From Verrucomicrobiota bacterium (GTDB lineage: Bacteria; Verrucomicrobiota; Verrucomicrobiia; Limisphaerales; CAIQOK01), in the NCBI GenBank assembly GCA_031423695.1, contig JANPGB010000286.1:1-53423 (forward strand): 53,423 nucleotides of DNA, given 5' to 3'. This document shows positions 28,047-36,895 of this stretch, in pieces; the first letter of the stretch is position 1; each line of letters begins with the position of its first letter. The notes beneath the pieces were generated by a model. The model made no database searches, was not told where the DNA came from, and saw nothing but the letters and a program-made list of their open reading frames with translations. Made by a program: the position numbers and the translations under genes.

Positions 28047-29852
28047 ATGGCCGAGCCTAAAGAAAGTCCGCTGATGGAAAAAATCGTGTCGCTGTGCAAG
28101 CGGCGCGGCTTCGTTTTTCAATCCTCCGAAATCTACGGCGGCATCAACGGCTTCTGGGATTACGGCCCGCTCGGCGCGGAACTCAAGCGCAACGTCAAGG
28201 AACTCTGGTGGAACACCATGACCCGCCAGCGCGACGACGTCGCCGGCCTCGAAGCCACCATCATCATGTCGCCGGAAATCTGGAAGGCGTCAGGGCACGT
28301 CTCGACGTTCAGCGATCCGATGTGCGATTGCCTGCTGACGAAGAAGCGTTTTCGTGCGGATCAAGTCGATCCGCAAAGCGGCACCGCTTATCACTACGCC
28401 GGGGCCAAAGATTCGGTTTCTGGCAAAGAAGTCTCCGACGCTTTTGTGGCACTGCTCGCCCCCGGCAAACCGCCGGAAAGCGTCCGCAAAATCGCAACTC
28501 AATATTACCAACAGCGCGGCCTACAGAATGTGGAGTTGCTGGGCGAGCGCACGGAGAAGGTCGAAAACTCGACGCGCTTCAACCCGGAGAATGGCGCGCA
28601 GCTCACCGATCCCCGCCCGTTCAACCTGATGTTCAAGACCTACGTCGGCCCGGTGGAAAGCGAGGATGGCATCGCCTACCTTCGCCCCGAAACCGCGCAG
28701 GCGATCTTCGCGCAGTTCAAAAATGTCTTGGACACGTCGCGGCAGAAAGTTCCGTTCGGCGTCGCGCAGGTCGGCAAGGCGTTCCGCAACGAAGTCACGC
28801 CGCGCAATTTCACCTTCCGCTCGCGCGAGTTCGAGCAGATGGAGCTGGAGTTTTTCATCAAGCCCGACGAGGTGATTGAAGCCATCCACGGCTCCGTCGT
28901 GACCGTCCCCGAGACCGGCCATCCCGGCGAGCCGCAGCCGAACTGGGGCTGGCAGGCGTGGCACCAATACTGGGTCGAGGAGCGCGTGCGTTTTTACGAA
29001 GGCATCGGGCTGTCGCGCGCCACGCTGGGTTTCCACCGGCAGACGCCGCAGGAGCTGGCGCACTACGCCCGCGCCTGCGTGGACATTTTGTTCAAGTTCC
29101 CGTTCAGCAAGAAGGACGAGCAGGGCAGCGTGGCCGGCGACGAACTGGAAGGCATCGCCGCGCGCGGCGACTTCGATCTGAGCCAGCACCAGCGTTTTTC
29201 CGGCAAGCCGATGGGCGTGTTTGATGACGAGTTGCGCGCTTCATGGGGCAAGCTGCCCAAGGAAAAGCAGGACGCGTTGTGGAAACGTTACTTCGATCAC
29301 CGCAAAAATTACCTGACCAAATCCGCCAAACCGGACGAAACGGCGGAGCAAATTTCCAAGCAGGCGACCGAAGACGCGAATGGTCTGGCCAAGGGCCAAT
29401 ACATCCCGCACGTCATCGAACCGAGTGCGGGCGTGGATCGTTTGATTCTCGCGCTGATCGCCAACGCCTATTCGGAGGTCGTCAAGACCGACGACAAGGG
29501 CAAGAGCGAGACGACCTACGTGATGAAATTTCATCCGCGCGTCGCGCCAATCAAGGTCGGCGTGCTGCCGCTGTTGAAGAACAAGCCGGAGCTGGTGGCC
29601 AAAGCCCTCGCGGTGCGCGAACTGTTGCGGCCGTGGATGAATGTTTATTTCGACGACGGCGGTTCGATCGGCAAACGCTACGCGCGCCAGGACGAGGCCG
29701 GCACGCCGTTCTGTGTCACGATTGACTTCGACACCCTCGGCGAAAAGCCGGAGCTGCTCGACACCGTGACCATCCGGCATCGCGACGACGGCCGGCAGGA
29801 ACGCCTTCCAATCAGCGAGCTGTTGAACCGGCTGCTGGCGGAAATTCGCTGA
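28047..29852 (+). CDS. glyQS: Glycine--tRNA ligase (dimeric class II type, long form)
   Basis: In-frame ATG at 28047 (alternative 28074). IVSLCKRRGFVFQSSEIYGGINGFWDYGPLGAELKRNV; FRNEVTPRNFTFRSREFEQMELEFF; IEPSAGVDR; C-terminal anticodon-binding domain. Confidence 0.9.
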   Translation: MAEPKESPLMEKIVSLCKRRGFVFQSSEIYGGINGFWDYGPLGAELKRNVKELWWNTMTRQRDDVAGLEATIIMSPEIWKASGHVSTFSDPMCDCLLTKKRFRADQVDPQSGTAYHYAGAKDSVSGKEVSDAFVALLAPGKPPESVRKIATQYYQQRGLQNVELLGERTEKVENSTRFNPENGAQLTDPRPFNLMFKTYVGPVESEDGIAYLRPETAQAIFAQFKNVLDTSRQKVPFGVAQVGKAFRNEVTPRNFTFRSREFEQMELEFFIKPDEVIEAIHGSVVTVPETGHPGEPQPNWGWQAWHQYWVEERVRFYEGIGLSRATLGFHRQTPQELAHYARACVDILFKFPFSKKDEQGSVAGDELEGIAARGDFDLSQHQRFSGKPMGVFDDELRASWGKLPKEKQDALWKRYFDHRKNYLTKSAKPDETAEQISKQATEDANGLAKGQYIPHVIEPSAGVDRLILALIANAYSEVVKTDDKGKSETTYVMKFHPRVAPIKVGVLPLLKNKPELVAKALAVRELLRPWMNVYFDDGGSIGKRYARQDEAGTPFCVTIDFDTLGEKPELLDTVTIRHRDDGRQERLPISELLNRLLAEIR

Positions 29853-30346
29853 TGTCTGATCCCGCAAAAACGGAAACGTCATCCATCCGGCAGCGCGCCC
29901 CGACGCTCTACCTCATCATTGCGATCAAGCTGTTGAAGGGCGTCGCCCTGCTGCTGCTGGCCCTGGGCGCCTACAGCCTTTCGGACAACAACCTGCCGGA
30001 GGATTTTCGCCGCTTCCTGGAGTTTCTCCATTTCGACCCGGAGAAAAAATTCTTCACCGACCTCGCCGAAAAGGTCGAAACCATCACGCCCGACAACCTC
30101 GTCTGGCTGGCGCGCGGCACCGTGCTCTACAGCCTGTTTTCCCTGGTGGAGGCGGTGGGCTTGTCCTTCCGCGTGTCGTGGGCCGGCTGGCTGGCCATCG
30201 GCGAATCTGCCTTCTTCATCCCCATCGAGTTTCATGAATTGATGCGCGGTTTTTCCTGGACCGTGCTGGCCATCCTGCTGTTGAACATCCTGATCGTCTG
30301 GTATCTCTTCCAGAACCGCGGCCGCCTGTTCCGGCATCATCATTGA
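29852..30346 (+). CDS. DUF2127 family membrane protein
   Basis: The ATG overlaps the glyQS stop (TGATG). LYLIIAIKLLKGVALLLLALGAY...LYSLFSLVEAVGLSFRVSWAGWLA...FIPIEFHEL. Confidence 0.8.
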   Translation: MSDPAKTETSSIRQRAPTLYLIIAIKLLKGVALLLLALGAYSLSDNNLPEDFRRFLEFLHFDPEKKFFTDLAEKVETITPDNLVWLARGTVLYSLFSLVEAVGLSFRVSWAGWLAIGESAFFIPIEFHELMRGFSWTVLAILLLNILIVWYLFQNRGRLFRHHH

Positions 30347-30416
30347 TTTTTTCCGGCGTGACCGGTGGAAATTAATTTGGCAACGTCCCCCCCAACGCGC
30401 CCGAAAACATTTGAAC

Positions 30417-31862
30417 ATGAACGCCGAACTGCCTTTCGAGATTTCCGAATTCGAACACCTGCTGCAAAAGCCCAACAGCGACGCTTCAGGCTTGGCCAGC
30501 TTTTTCACGGCGGGCGAAATCTGGGTCACCCGCGTCCCCGCCCGGCTCGATGTCATGGGCGGCATCGCGGATTATTCGGGCTCCAACGTCTGCGAATCCG
30601 TCCTCGGCCGCGGTGTGTTGATGGGGCTCCAGTCGCGCACCGACCGCACCCTGCGCATCCGCACCATGCAGGCCGGCATCCGCTCGCTGCCCATCGAAAC
30701 GCGCGTGTCGCTCGACTTTTTCAAATCCGGCGACGGCCTCGCAGGCTACGCGGAAATCCGCGCGCTTTGCCAGGCCAATCCGCTCGCCAACTGGGCGGCC
30801 TACATTGTCGGCAGCATCTTCACGCTGCTCAAAGAGGAGGGCGTGAAACTTCCCTACGGTTTCAATCTGCTCCTGTTGAGCGCGGTGCCGATGAACGTCG
30901 GTATCGGCAGTTCCGCCGCCGTGGAGATCGGCACGCTGAGTTCGCTCAACGCCTATCTTGGTTTGAAACTTTCGCCCTCGCGCATCGCCCGGCTCGGTCA
31001 GATGTCCGAGAACCACGTCGTCGGCGCGCCCTGCGGCATCATGGATCAAACCGCCATCACCAGCGGACGCCAGGGTTGTCTCACCCACATTCTCTGCCGC
31101 CCCGGTGAGGTGAAGGGCGAGGTGCAGATTCCGCCGGGCACCGCGTTCGTCGGCATCAACTCCATGGTCCGCCATTCTGTCGCCGGCAGTCCGTACAGCG
31201 ACACCCGCATCGGCGCGTTCATGGGCAAGAAGATCATCAACGAACTCCGCGCCCAGACCGGTCGCAGCCCGCTCGACTACCTCACGGAACTGTCTGTCGC
31301 CCAGTTCAACTCCGAATATGCCGCGCAACTTCCCATCGAACTGGTCGGCTCCAAATTTCTCGCGCACTACAAAACCCACGACGATCCCGTCACCAAAATC
31401 CAACCCGACGCCACCTATTGCGTGGCCGGCCCCACACGGCATCCAGTCGAGGAAAACGAACGCGTGCTCAAGTTCATGGACGCCTTGCGCGCCGCGAAGA
31501 CGGGTGATGAATCCCCGCTCATCACCGCCGGCGAATGCATGTATGGCGCGCACGACAGCTACAAGAACAACTGCCATCTCTCGACCGAGGAGGTGGATTT
31601 TCTCGTGGACGCCGTCCGGCAACGCGGAACCAAGTCCGGTCTTTACGGCGCGAAGATCACCGGCGGCGGCACTGGCGGCGCGGTGGCAGTGTTCGGCAAA
31701 GTGGACGCGCTGAAAAAGCACATCCCCGAAATCGCCACGGAATATTCCCGCCGCATCGGCGTGATGCCGGACATCTTTGAAGGCACCTCGCCCGGCGCGA
31801 TTGAATTCGGCGCACGCCGCTATGCGTTTGGCGCGAAGGGGTGGCAGCGGTTTGAGGTTTAG
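30417..31862 (+). CDS. GHMP sugar-1-kinase, plant L-arabinokinase-like
   Basis: VTRVPARLDVMGGIADYSGSNVCE resembles the arabinokinase/galactokinase motif. VPMNVGIGSSAAVE is the GHMP ATP motif. GAKITGGGTGGAVAVF is also present. ATG at 30417; the track start at 30411 is TTG. Confidence 0.8.
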   Translation: MNAELPFEISEFEHLLQKPNSDASGLASFFTAGEIWVTRVPARLDVMGGIADYSGSNVCESVLGRGVLMGLQSRTDRTLRIRTMQAGIRSLPIETRVSLDFFKSGDGLAGYAEIRALCQANPLANWAAYIVGSIFTLLKEEGVKLPYGFNLLLLSAVPMNVGIGSSAAVEIGTLSSLNAYLGLKLSPSRIARLGQMSENHVVGAPCGIMDQTAITSGRQGCLTHILCRPGEVKGEVQIPPGTAFVGINSMVRHSVAGSPYSDTRIGAFMGKKIINELRAQTGRSPLDYLTELSVAQFNSEYAAQLPIELVGSKFLAHYKTHDDPVTKIQPDATYCVAGPTRHPVEENERVLKFMDALRAAKTGDESPLITAGECMYGAHDSYKNNCHLSTEEVDFLVDAVRQRGTKSGLYGAKITGGGTGGAVAVFGKVDALKKHIPEIATEYSRRIGVMPDIFEGTSPGAIEFGARRYAFGAKGWQRFEV

Positions 31863-31937
31863 AGCCTTGAAACACACAAAATGACATGAAAAATTATGCA
31901 TTCCTTACGTGTATTTCGTAGTTAATTGTTTTGTCCT

Positions 31938-32309
31938 ATGCTTTGGGAAGACCAAGAATTAAACCACGCTACTCCCGAAACAAAATTCCCCGAGGTTTTT
32001 TTCACGAGTCTTGAATTGCCTAGTCTCGCAGAAAGAAAGTCGGGTGACTATTTGTTGGTGGATCAGGAGAAGCTAGACGCGATGATTAAAACGGGTGAAC
32101 TGGGTAGCCGAACAAAGGGGGTAAGAATTAAAAGGCTTTGTATGTTTTTCCGTTTATTTTGCAGTCTTGGACCAGGTGAAGAGCATTATCCAACTTTAGG
32201 AGTCATGCATTTCTGGAGTAATTCTGTCAGCAAGTATGCCATCTTTTGTTTTTCTCCAAATAACGACTGGCTGAAGGTCCTTGTGGTTACTGCATCAGCC
32301 CCCGCTTGA
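31938..32309 (+). CDS. Orphan ORF in an AT-rich insert (weakly supported)
   Basis: The only sizeable ORF in the visibly AT-rich 31870-32305 segment. I recognise no family. It overlaps the start of the next gene. Confidence 0.3.
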   Translation: MLWEDQELNHATPETKFPEVFFTSLELPSLAERKSGDYLLVDQEKLDAMIKTGELGSRTKGVRIKRLCMFFRLFCSLGPGEEHYPTLGVMHFWSNSVSKYAIFCFSPNNDWLKVLVVTASAPA

Positions 32310-32311
32310 AA

Positions 32312-33451
32312 ATGAATTCACAATCCATCGTCCGTAAAGCCGTCATCCCCATCGCCGGACTCGGCACCCGGCATTTTCCCGCGTCGCACGCGGTGAAGAA
32401 GGAGATGTTTCCCGTCGTCGGCCCGGACGGCATCGCCCGCGCGCTGTTTCACTACCACCTGCTCGAACTCGACGCGGCGGGCATTGAGGAAATCTGCATC
32501 ATCGTCCAGCCCGGCGAAGACGAAATGGTGCGCGACTATCTGCGTGGCCCGAGCAGCGACTATCTCAAGCGGCTGGAGAAATATCCGGCGCTCTTGCGCG
32601 AAGCCGAGCAGATGAAAAACTTCGCCGACCGCGTCACCTTCGCCGTGCAGCGCGAGCAGGAGGGCTACGGCCACGCGGTTTACCAGACCAAACAGTTTGC
32701 CGCTGGTGAAATGGTGTTGCTGGGTCTCGGCGATCATCTGTTTCGCGGCGCGCCGGTTGAGTCTGCTCCCTCTCCCCGCCCAAGCGGGGAGAGGGCTGGG
32801 GTGAGGGGAGTTGAAATAATTGCTCCTCCTCACCATGAACCTGCCTGCGACTTTGGGACTCTCTCTCCCCCCGAGGAACGAGTGGGGAGCGAGCTGGAGA
32901 GAGGGGCCGCTCAACAAAAACTTACGGCCTCCTCTCCCCAGCCCTCTCCTCCCTCGGGGGAGGAGAGGGAGAAAAAAACAGCCCACGCCACAAGTAAATC
33001 TCCCTATCAAGAACTCGCGGAGATGGCGAAAGTTTCGCAAGGTCGCAGCGTCTCCGCCGTAAACCGCATTTCCGCCGGTGAACTGAAAGGCTACGGCACC
33101 ATCGCCGGCCAGCGACGCGCGCAAAACCCAAGGCTGATTGACGTTTCGCTCATCATTGAGAAACCCGCCGTCGCCATTGCCAAAGAAAAACTTCACGTCA
33201 ACGATCTGCCGGACGAAACGTGGCTGGGCTGGTTCGGGATGCACCTGCTCTCGCCGAGCATCTACGACGTGCTGGGCGAAATGATCCGCGACAACATCCG
33301 CGACAACGGCGAATTTCAACTCACCCGCGCCCAGGAAATCCAACGCCAGCGCGAAGGCTATCTCGCACTGGAGATGACCGGTGCGCGGCGCTTCGACTTC
33401 GGCGTGCCCGATGATTTCGTCCGCAGCGTGCAGGCGTTCCGGCAGGGGTAG
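32312..33451 (+). CDS. UTP--sugar-1-phosphate uridylyltransferase-like (GalU/UDP-sugar pyrophosphorylase family) carrying an in-frame repeat insertion
   Basis: KAVIPIAGLGTRHFPASHAVKKEMFPVV (nucleotidyltransferase G-loop) and QREQEGYGHAV...LLGLGDHLF. About 69 repeat-derived codons follow (SPRPSGERAGVRG...SPPSGEEREK). The family then resumes with VSAVNRISAGELKGYGTIAG. Confidence 0.8.
   Translation: MNSQSIVRKAVIPIAGLGTRHFPASHAVKKEMFPVVGPDGIARALFHYHLLELDAAGIEEICIIVQPGEDEMVRDYLRGPSSDYLKRLEKYPALLREAEQMKNFADRVTFAVQREQEGYGHAVYQTKQFAAGEMVLLGLGDHLFRGAPVESAPSPRPSGERAGVRGVEIIAPPHHEPACDFGTLSPPEERVGSELERGAAQQKLTASSPQPSPPSGEEREKKTAHATSKSPYQELAEMAKVSQGRSVSAVNRISAGELKGYGTIAGQRRAQNPRLIDVSLIIEKPAVAIAKEKLHVNDLPDETWLGWFGMHLLSPSIYDVLGEMIRDNIRDNGEFQLTRAQEIQRQREGYLALEMTGARRFDFGVPDDFVRSVQAFRQG
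32766..32971. repeat. MITE-like element, family C, copy 1 (inside a CDS, in frame)
   Basis: The left arm is ccctctccccgc-ccaa-gcggggagaggg-ctggggtgagggg (32768-32808). The right arm is cctctccccagccctctcctccctcgggggaggagaggg (32931-32969). The arms are inverted copies and each contains its own hairpin. Confidence 0.75.
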
Positions 33452-33511
33452 GGTGGGCGTTGTCGCGCTGCGACGTGGAACGCCGCTCGTCGCAGCGCGA
33501 CGAGTCCCACC
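33448..33511. repeat. GC-rich hairpin element, family H-like, copy 2
   Basis: Perfect 14-bp stem gtcgcgctgcgacg (33462-33475) / cgtcgcagcgcgac (33488-33501), framed by gtagggtggg...cccacc. It overlaps the stop codon at 33449-33451. Confidence 0.6.
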
Positions 33512-33556
33512 AGATTTCCCGTGACCGTTTCACCGGAGTGCGTATTATTTCCCGCG

Positions 33557-34312
33557 ATGACCATCATCGAAGCCCATAAACTGCTCGAACAGTTCCGCGC
33601 CGGCGGCGTCAGCCGCGAGAAGGTCGTGCAATCCTTTCAAGCCGCGCCGCTGGCCGATCTGGGCTTCGCGCAGGTGGACACGCATCGCGCGCTGCGTAGC
33701 GGTTTTCCGGAAGTGATTTTTGGCGCGGGCAAGACGCCCGATCAAGTCGTCGGCATTGCCGCCAAGCTGGTGGAACGGGAAGAACGCGTACTCGTCACCC
33801 GCGTGACGCCGGAACACGCTAAAGCCGTCCGCAAAAAATTTAAGTCGGTCATCCATCACGAACTGGCCCGCTGCCTGACCATTGATAAAAAACCTCTGCC
33901 GAAACGCAGCGGAACCATCGCGGTGATCTGCGCGGGCACCAGCGATCTGCCGGTGGCGGAGGAGGCGGCGATCACCGCCGAGATCATGGGCAACCGCGTG
34001 GAACGCATCGTGGATGCCGGCGTCGCCGGACTGCATCGGCTGCTTGCGCGATTGGAAACCCTTCAGCGCGCAAACGTGCTGGTGGTCGTGGCGGGGATGG
34101 AGGGCGCGCTGCCCAGCGTGGTCGCAGGCTTGGTGTCCAAGCCGGTCATCGCCGTGCCGACCAGCATTGGCTACGGCGCGAGTTTTGGCGGATTGGCGGC
34201 GCTGCTTGGCATGTTGAACAGCTGTGGGAGCGGCGTGACGGTGGTGAATATTGACAACGGGTTTGGGGCCGGCTTTGCGGCCAGCCAGATCAATGCTTTG
34301 GCCGGAGATTAA
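33557..34312 (+). CDS. larB: Nickel-pincer cofactor biosynthesis protein LarB (AIR-carboxylase-like)
   Basis: In-frame ATG at 33557. DTHRALRSGFPEVIFGAGKTP; IAVICAGTSDLPVAEEA; VVVAGMEGALPSVVAGLVSKPVIAVPTSIGYGASFGGLAALLGMLNSC. Confidence 0.85.
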   Translation: MTIIEAHKLLEQFRAGGVSREKVVQSFQAAPLADLGFAQVDTHRALRSGFPEVIFGAGKTPDQVVGIAAKLVEREERVLVTRVTPEHAKAVRKKFKSVIHHELARCLTIDKKPLPKRSGTIAVICAGTSDLPVAEEAAITAEIMGNRVERIVDAGVAGLHRLLARLETLQRANVLVVVAGMEGALPSVVAGLVSKPVIAVPTSIGYGASFGGLAALLGMLNSCGSGVTVVNIDNGFGAGFAASQINALAGD

Positions 34313-34318
34313 TCAACC

Positions 34319-35779
34319 ATGAAATCACTCTATCTCGATATTTTCAGCGGCATCAGCGGCGACATGTTCATTGGCGCGCTGATTGACCTCGGCGCGGATG
34401 CCGACAAGCTGACGCGGACGTTGGGCAAACTCAAACTGGACGGCTACCATCTGCATGTTTCCCGCCAGCACAAGTCCTCCATCGAAGGGGTGAAGTTCGA
34501 CGTGCACCTGGCGCATGGTCACGAACACGGCCATGGTCACGAACACGGGCATGGTCACGAACACGGGCATGGACATGGCCACAATCATCAGCATCATGAC
34601 CACAGCCACGGGCACAATCCTGCACCTGGCCACGGCCATAGCCACGCCCACGGCCACGAACATTTTCATGAACCGCCGCCGCCGCCGGATCTGGATTTCG
34701 AGCCGGATCCCGATCACGTGGACTACATTGACCCTGAGCAGCAGCATCTTCAGCACGACGACAGCCGCAACTTTTCGGAAATCAAGAAGCTGATCGCCAA
34801 AAGCAAACTCTCGGCGTGGGTGAAGCAAAAGTCCGTTGCCGTATTTCAGCGCATCGCCGAGGCGGAGGGAAGAATCCACGGGATGCCGGCGGCGAAAGTT
34901 CATTTCCACGAAGTCGGCGCGGTGGACTCCATCGTGGACATCGTCGGGGCCTGTATCGCGCTCGAGTTGCTCGGCAAACCCCGGGTGGTGGCCTCAACCG
35001 TGATCGAGGGCGTCGGCTGGGTGGATTGCGAACACGGACGCTTTCCCATTCCTGCGCCCGCCACACTGGCCATCCTCGGCGCGCGCGGCGTGGGCGTAAC
35101 GCAATGTGAAGAACCGCACGAGCTCATCACCCCGACCGGCGCGGCGCTGCTGGCCGAGTTTGCCGAAAGCTTCGGCCCGATGAACGGGCTGGTGGCGGAG
35201 AAGATCGGCTTCGGCCTCGGCACGCGGGACAATCACACGCGCCCGAATGTGCTGCGCGCGGTGCTGGGCACGGCGTCCACAGTCCAAAGCCCAAAGTCTA
35301 AAGTTGCGGCCGCTGGCGCTTCGGCGCTTGATTGGGAAACGGACCGCGTGGCGGTGCTCGAAACAAATCTCGACGACCTCAACTCGGAAATCCTCGGCCA
35401 CTTCGTCGAAACCGTCCTGGCAGCGGGGGCGTTGGATGTGTTTTACAAGCCAATCCAGATGAAGAAAAACCGGCCCGGGGTTTTGCTCACGGTCCTGTGC
35501 GGCGAGGCGGACGCAGACAAGTTCAGCGAACTGATACTGCGCGAGACGAGCGCGTTCGGGGTGCGTCGGCACCTGTGCGAGCGGCGGAAGTTGAAACGGG
35601 ATTTCACCGAGATCAAAACCGCGTACGGCAAGGTCACGGTGAAACTCGGAAAACTCGGCGGCAAAGTCATCCAGGCCGCACCGGAATTCGAGTCGTGCAA
35701 AAAAGCCGCCGCCACGGCCGGGGTTCCGGTGAAACTGGTTTATGAAGCGGCGGGCAAAGCCTTGAACGCGGTCAAGTAA
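34319..35779 (+). CDS. larC: Nickel insertion protein LarC (DUF111) with an extended His-rich tract
   Basis: MKSLYLDIFSGISGDMFIGALIDLG; HGHEHGHGHEHGHGHEHGHGHGHNHQHHDHSHGH; HFHEVGAVDSIVDIVG; C-terminal KKNRPGVLLTVLC. Confidence 0.85.
   Translation: MKSLYLDIFSGISGDMFIGALIDLGADADKLTRTLGKLKLDGYHLHVSRQHKSSIEGVKFDVHLAHGHEHGHGHEHGHGHEHGHGHGHNHQHHDHSHGHNPAPGHGHSHAHGHEHFHEPPPPPDLDFEPDPDHVDYIDPEQQHLQHDDSRNFSEIKKLIAKSKLSAWVKQKSVAVFQRIAEAEGRIHGMPAAKVHFHEVGAVDSIVDIVGACIALELLGKPRVVASTVIEGVGWVDCEHGRFPIPAPATLAILGARGVGVTQCEEPHELITPTGAALLAEFAESFGPMNGLVAEKIGFGLGTRDNHTRPNVLRAVLGTASTVQSPKSKVAAAGASALDWETDRVAVLETNLDDLNSEILGHFVETVLAAGALDVFYKPIQMKKNRPGVLLTVLCGEADADKFSELILRETSAFGVRRHLCERRKLKRDFTEIKTAYGKVTVKLGKLGGKVIQAAPEFESCKKAAATAGVPVKLVYEAAGKALNAVK
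34514..34567 (+). repeat. 3 x 18-bp tandem repeat encoding (HGHEHG)3 inside larC
   Basis: Direct read: catggtcacgaacacggc / catggtcacgaacacggg / catggtcacgaacacggg. Confidence 0.85.
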
Positions 35780-35788
35780 CCTGGCCGC

Positions 35789-36895
35789 TCACCGGTTTTT
35801 CACGAACAATTTTCCGGGCAGCTGTTTCACCGCCCGCTTCATCTCCAGTCCCAGCAGCGCCACGCTCACCGCCGAACTCGGCAGACCGCTGCGGCGGATG
35901 ACTTCGTCAATGGTGGATTCCTCGGGCGTCAGCGCGTCGAACACCTTCTGCTCGTTGCCGCTCAATTCCAGCGCGGGCAGCACGCCGGTTTCGCCCGCGC
36001 CCGGCGGACGGTTGCTGGCTGGAAACAAATATTCGAACTCGCTCAACACATCCTCGGCGCCCTCGCAGAGTTTCGCGCCCTTCTTGATCAGCTCGTGGCA
36101 GCCTTTGCTGCGCGGCGAATCAATCCGCCCCGGCACGGCAAACACCTGCCGGCCCGCCTCCACCGCCATGTTCGCCGTGATGAGCGCGCCGCTGGTCAGG
36201 TTGGCTTCCACCACGACCGTGCCCAGCGTCATGCCGGCGACGATGCGGTTGCGGATGGGAAAACTTTGCTTGTCCGCCGGGCGGTTGAAGGGAAATTGCG
36301 TGATGACCGCGCCGTTCTCGGTGATGCGCTGGAACAGGTCGGCGTTTTCGGGCGGGAAAATCTAATTGATGCCCGTGCCCAGCACCGCCACCGTGCGGCC
36401 CTTCGCCGCGAGCGCGCCTTGATGCGCGGCGGTGTCAATGCCGCGCGCGCCGCCGCTCACGACCGTGACGCCGACGTAGGCGAGCTGATACGCCAGCTTG
36501 CGCGCGGTCTCGATGCCGTAATGCGTCGTCATTCGTGATCCAACCAGCGCCACGGCGTTGTTGTCCTTGGCCGTCAGCGCGCCCTTCACGTAGAGGACGA
36601 TGGGTGGGTCGTAAATTTGCCGGAGCAGGGCGGGATAGGTTTCGTCGGCTTGCGTGAGGACATGGCAGCCAAATTCCCGAATGCGCCGGAGTTCGCCGGC
36701 CAGGTCTGCGGACTTTTCCCAAAGGGAAATGTTTTCGGCGGTGTCTTCGCCGATGCCGCGCACTTGCAGCAGCTGTTGCTTTGAAGCCTTGAGAATCGCG
36801 GGCGCCTCGCCGAAATGGTCCAGGAGCTGGCGCACGCGCACCGGGCCGACGCCTTCGATGAGATTCAGCGCGATGAGAGCTTCCCGGGATTCCAT
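35789..36895 (-). pseudogene. dprA: DNA-processing protein DprA/Smf interrupted by one in-frame TAG (36362-36364)
   Basis: Track ORFs 36362-36982 and 35789-36232 are in the same frame (offset 573 nt). My translation across the gap reads GTGIN-TAG-IFPPENADLFQRITENGAVITQFPFNRPADKQSFPIRNRIVAGMTLGTVVVEA. This is the conserved DprA core with no frameshift. The ATG is at 36895 (MESREALIALNLIEGVGP). Confidence 0.75.

Noticed and set aside
28047-29852. Unusually long GlyRS (about 600 aa), considered as a fusion or insertion event
   Set aside because: The extra length is distributed as several insertions within an otherwise continuous class II GlyRS. There are no repeat-element arms and no domain I can name. 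Long forms may be lineage-typical and I cannot judge this without an alignment.
30486-31901. 471-aa minus-strand ORF
   Set aside because: Shadow of the GHMP kinase gene.
34514-34567. 18-bp tandem repeats, briefly considered as a non-coding array
   Set aside because: They lie in frame inside larC and encode the His-Gly-His-Glu metal-binding tract. They are coding repeats, not a CRISPR array or satellite.
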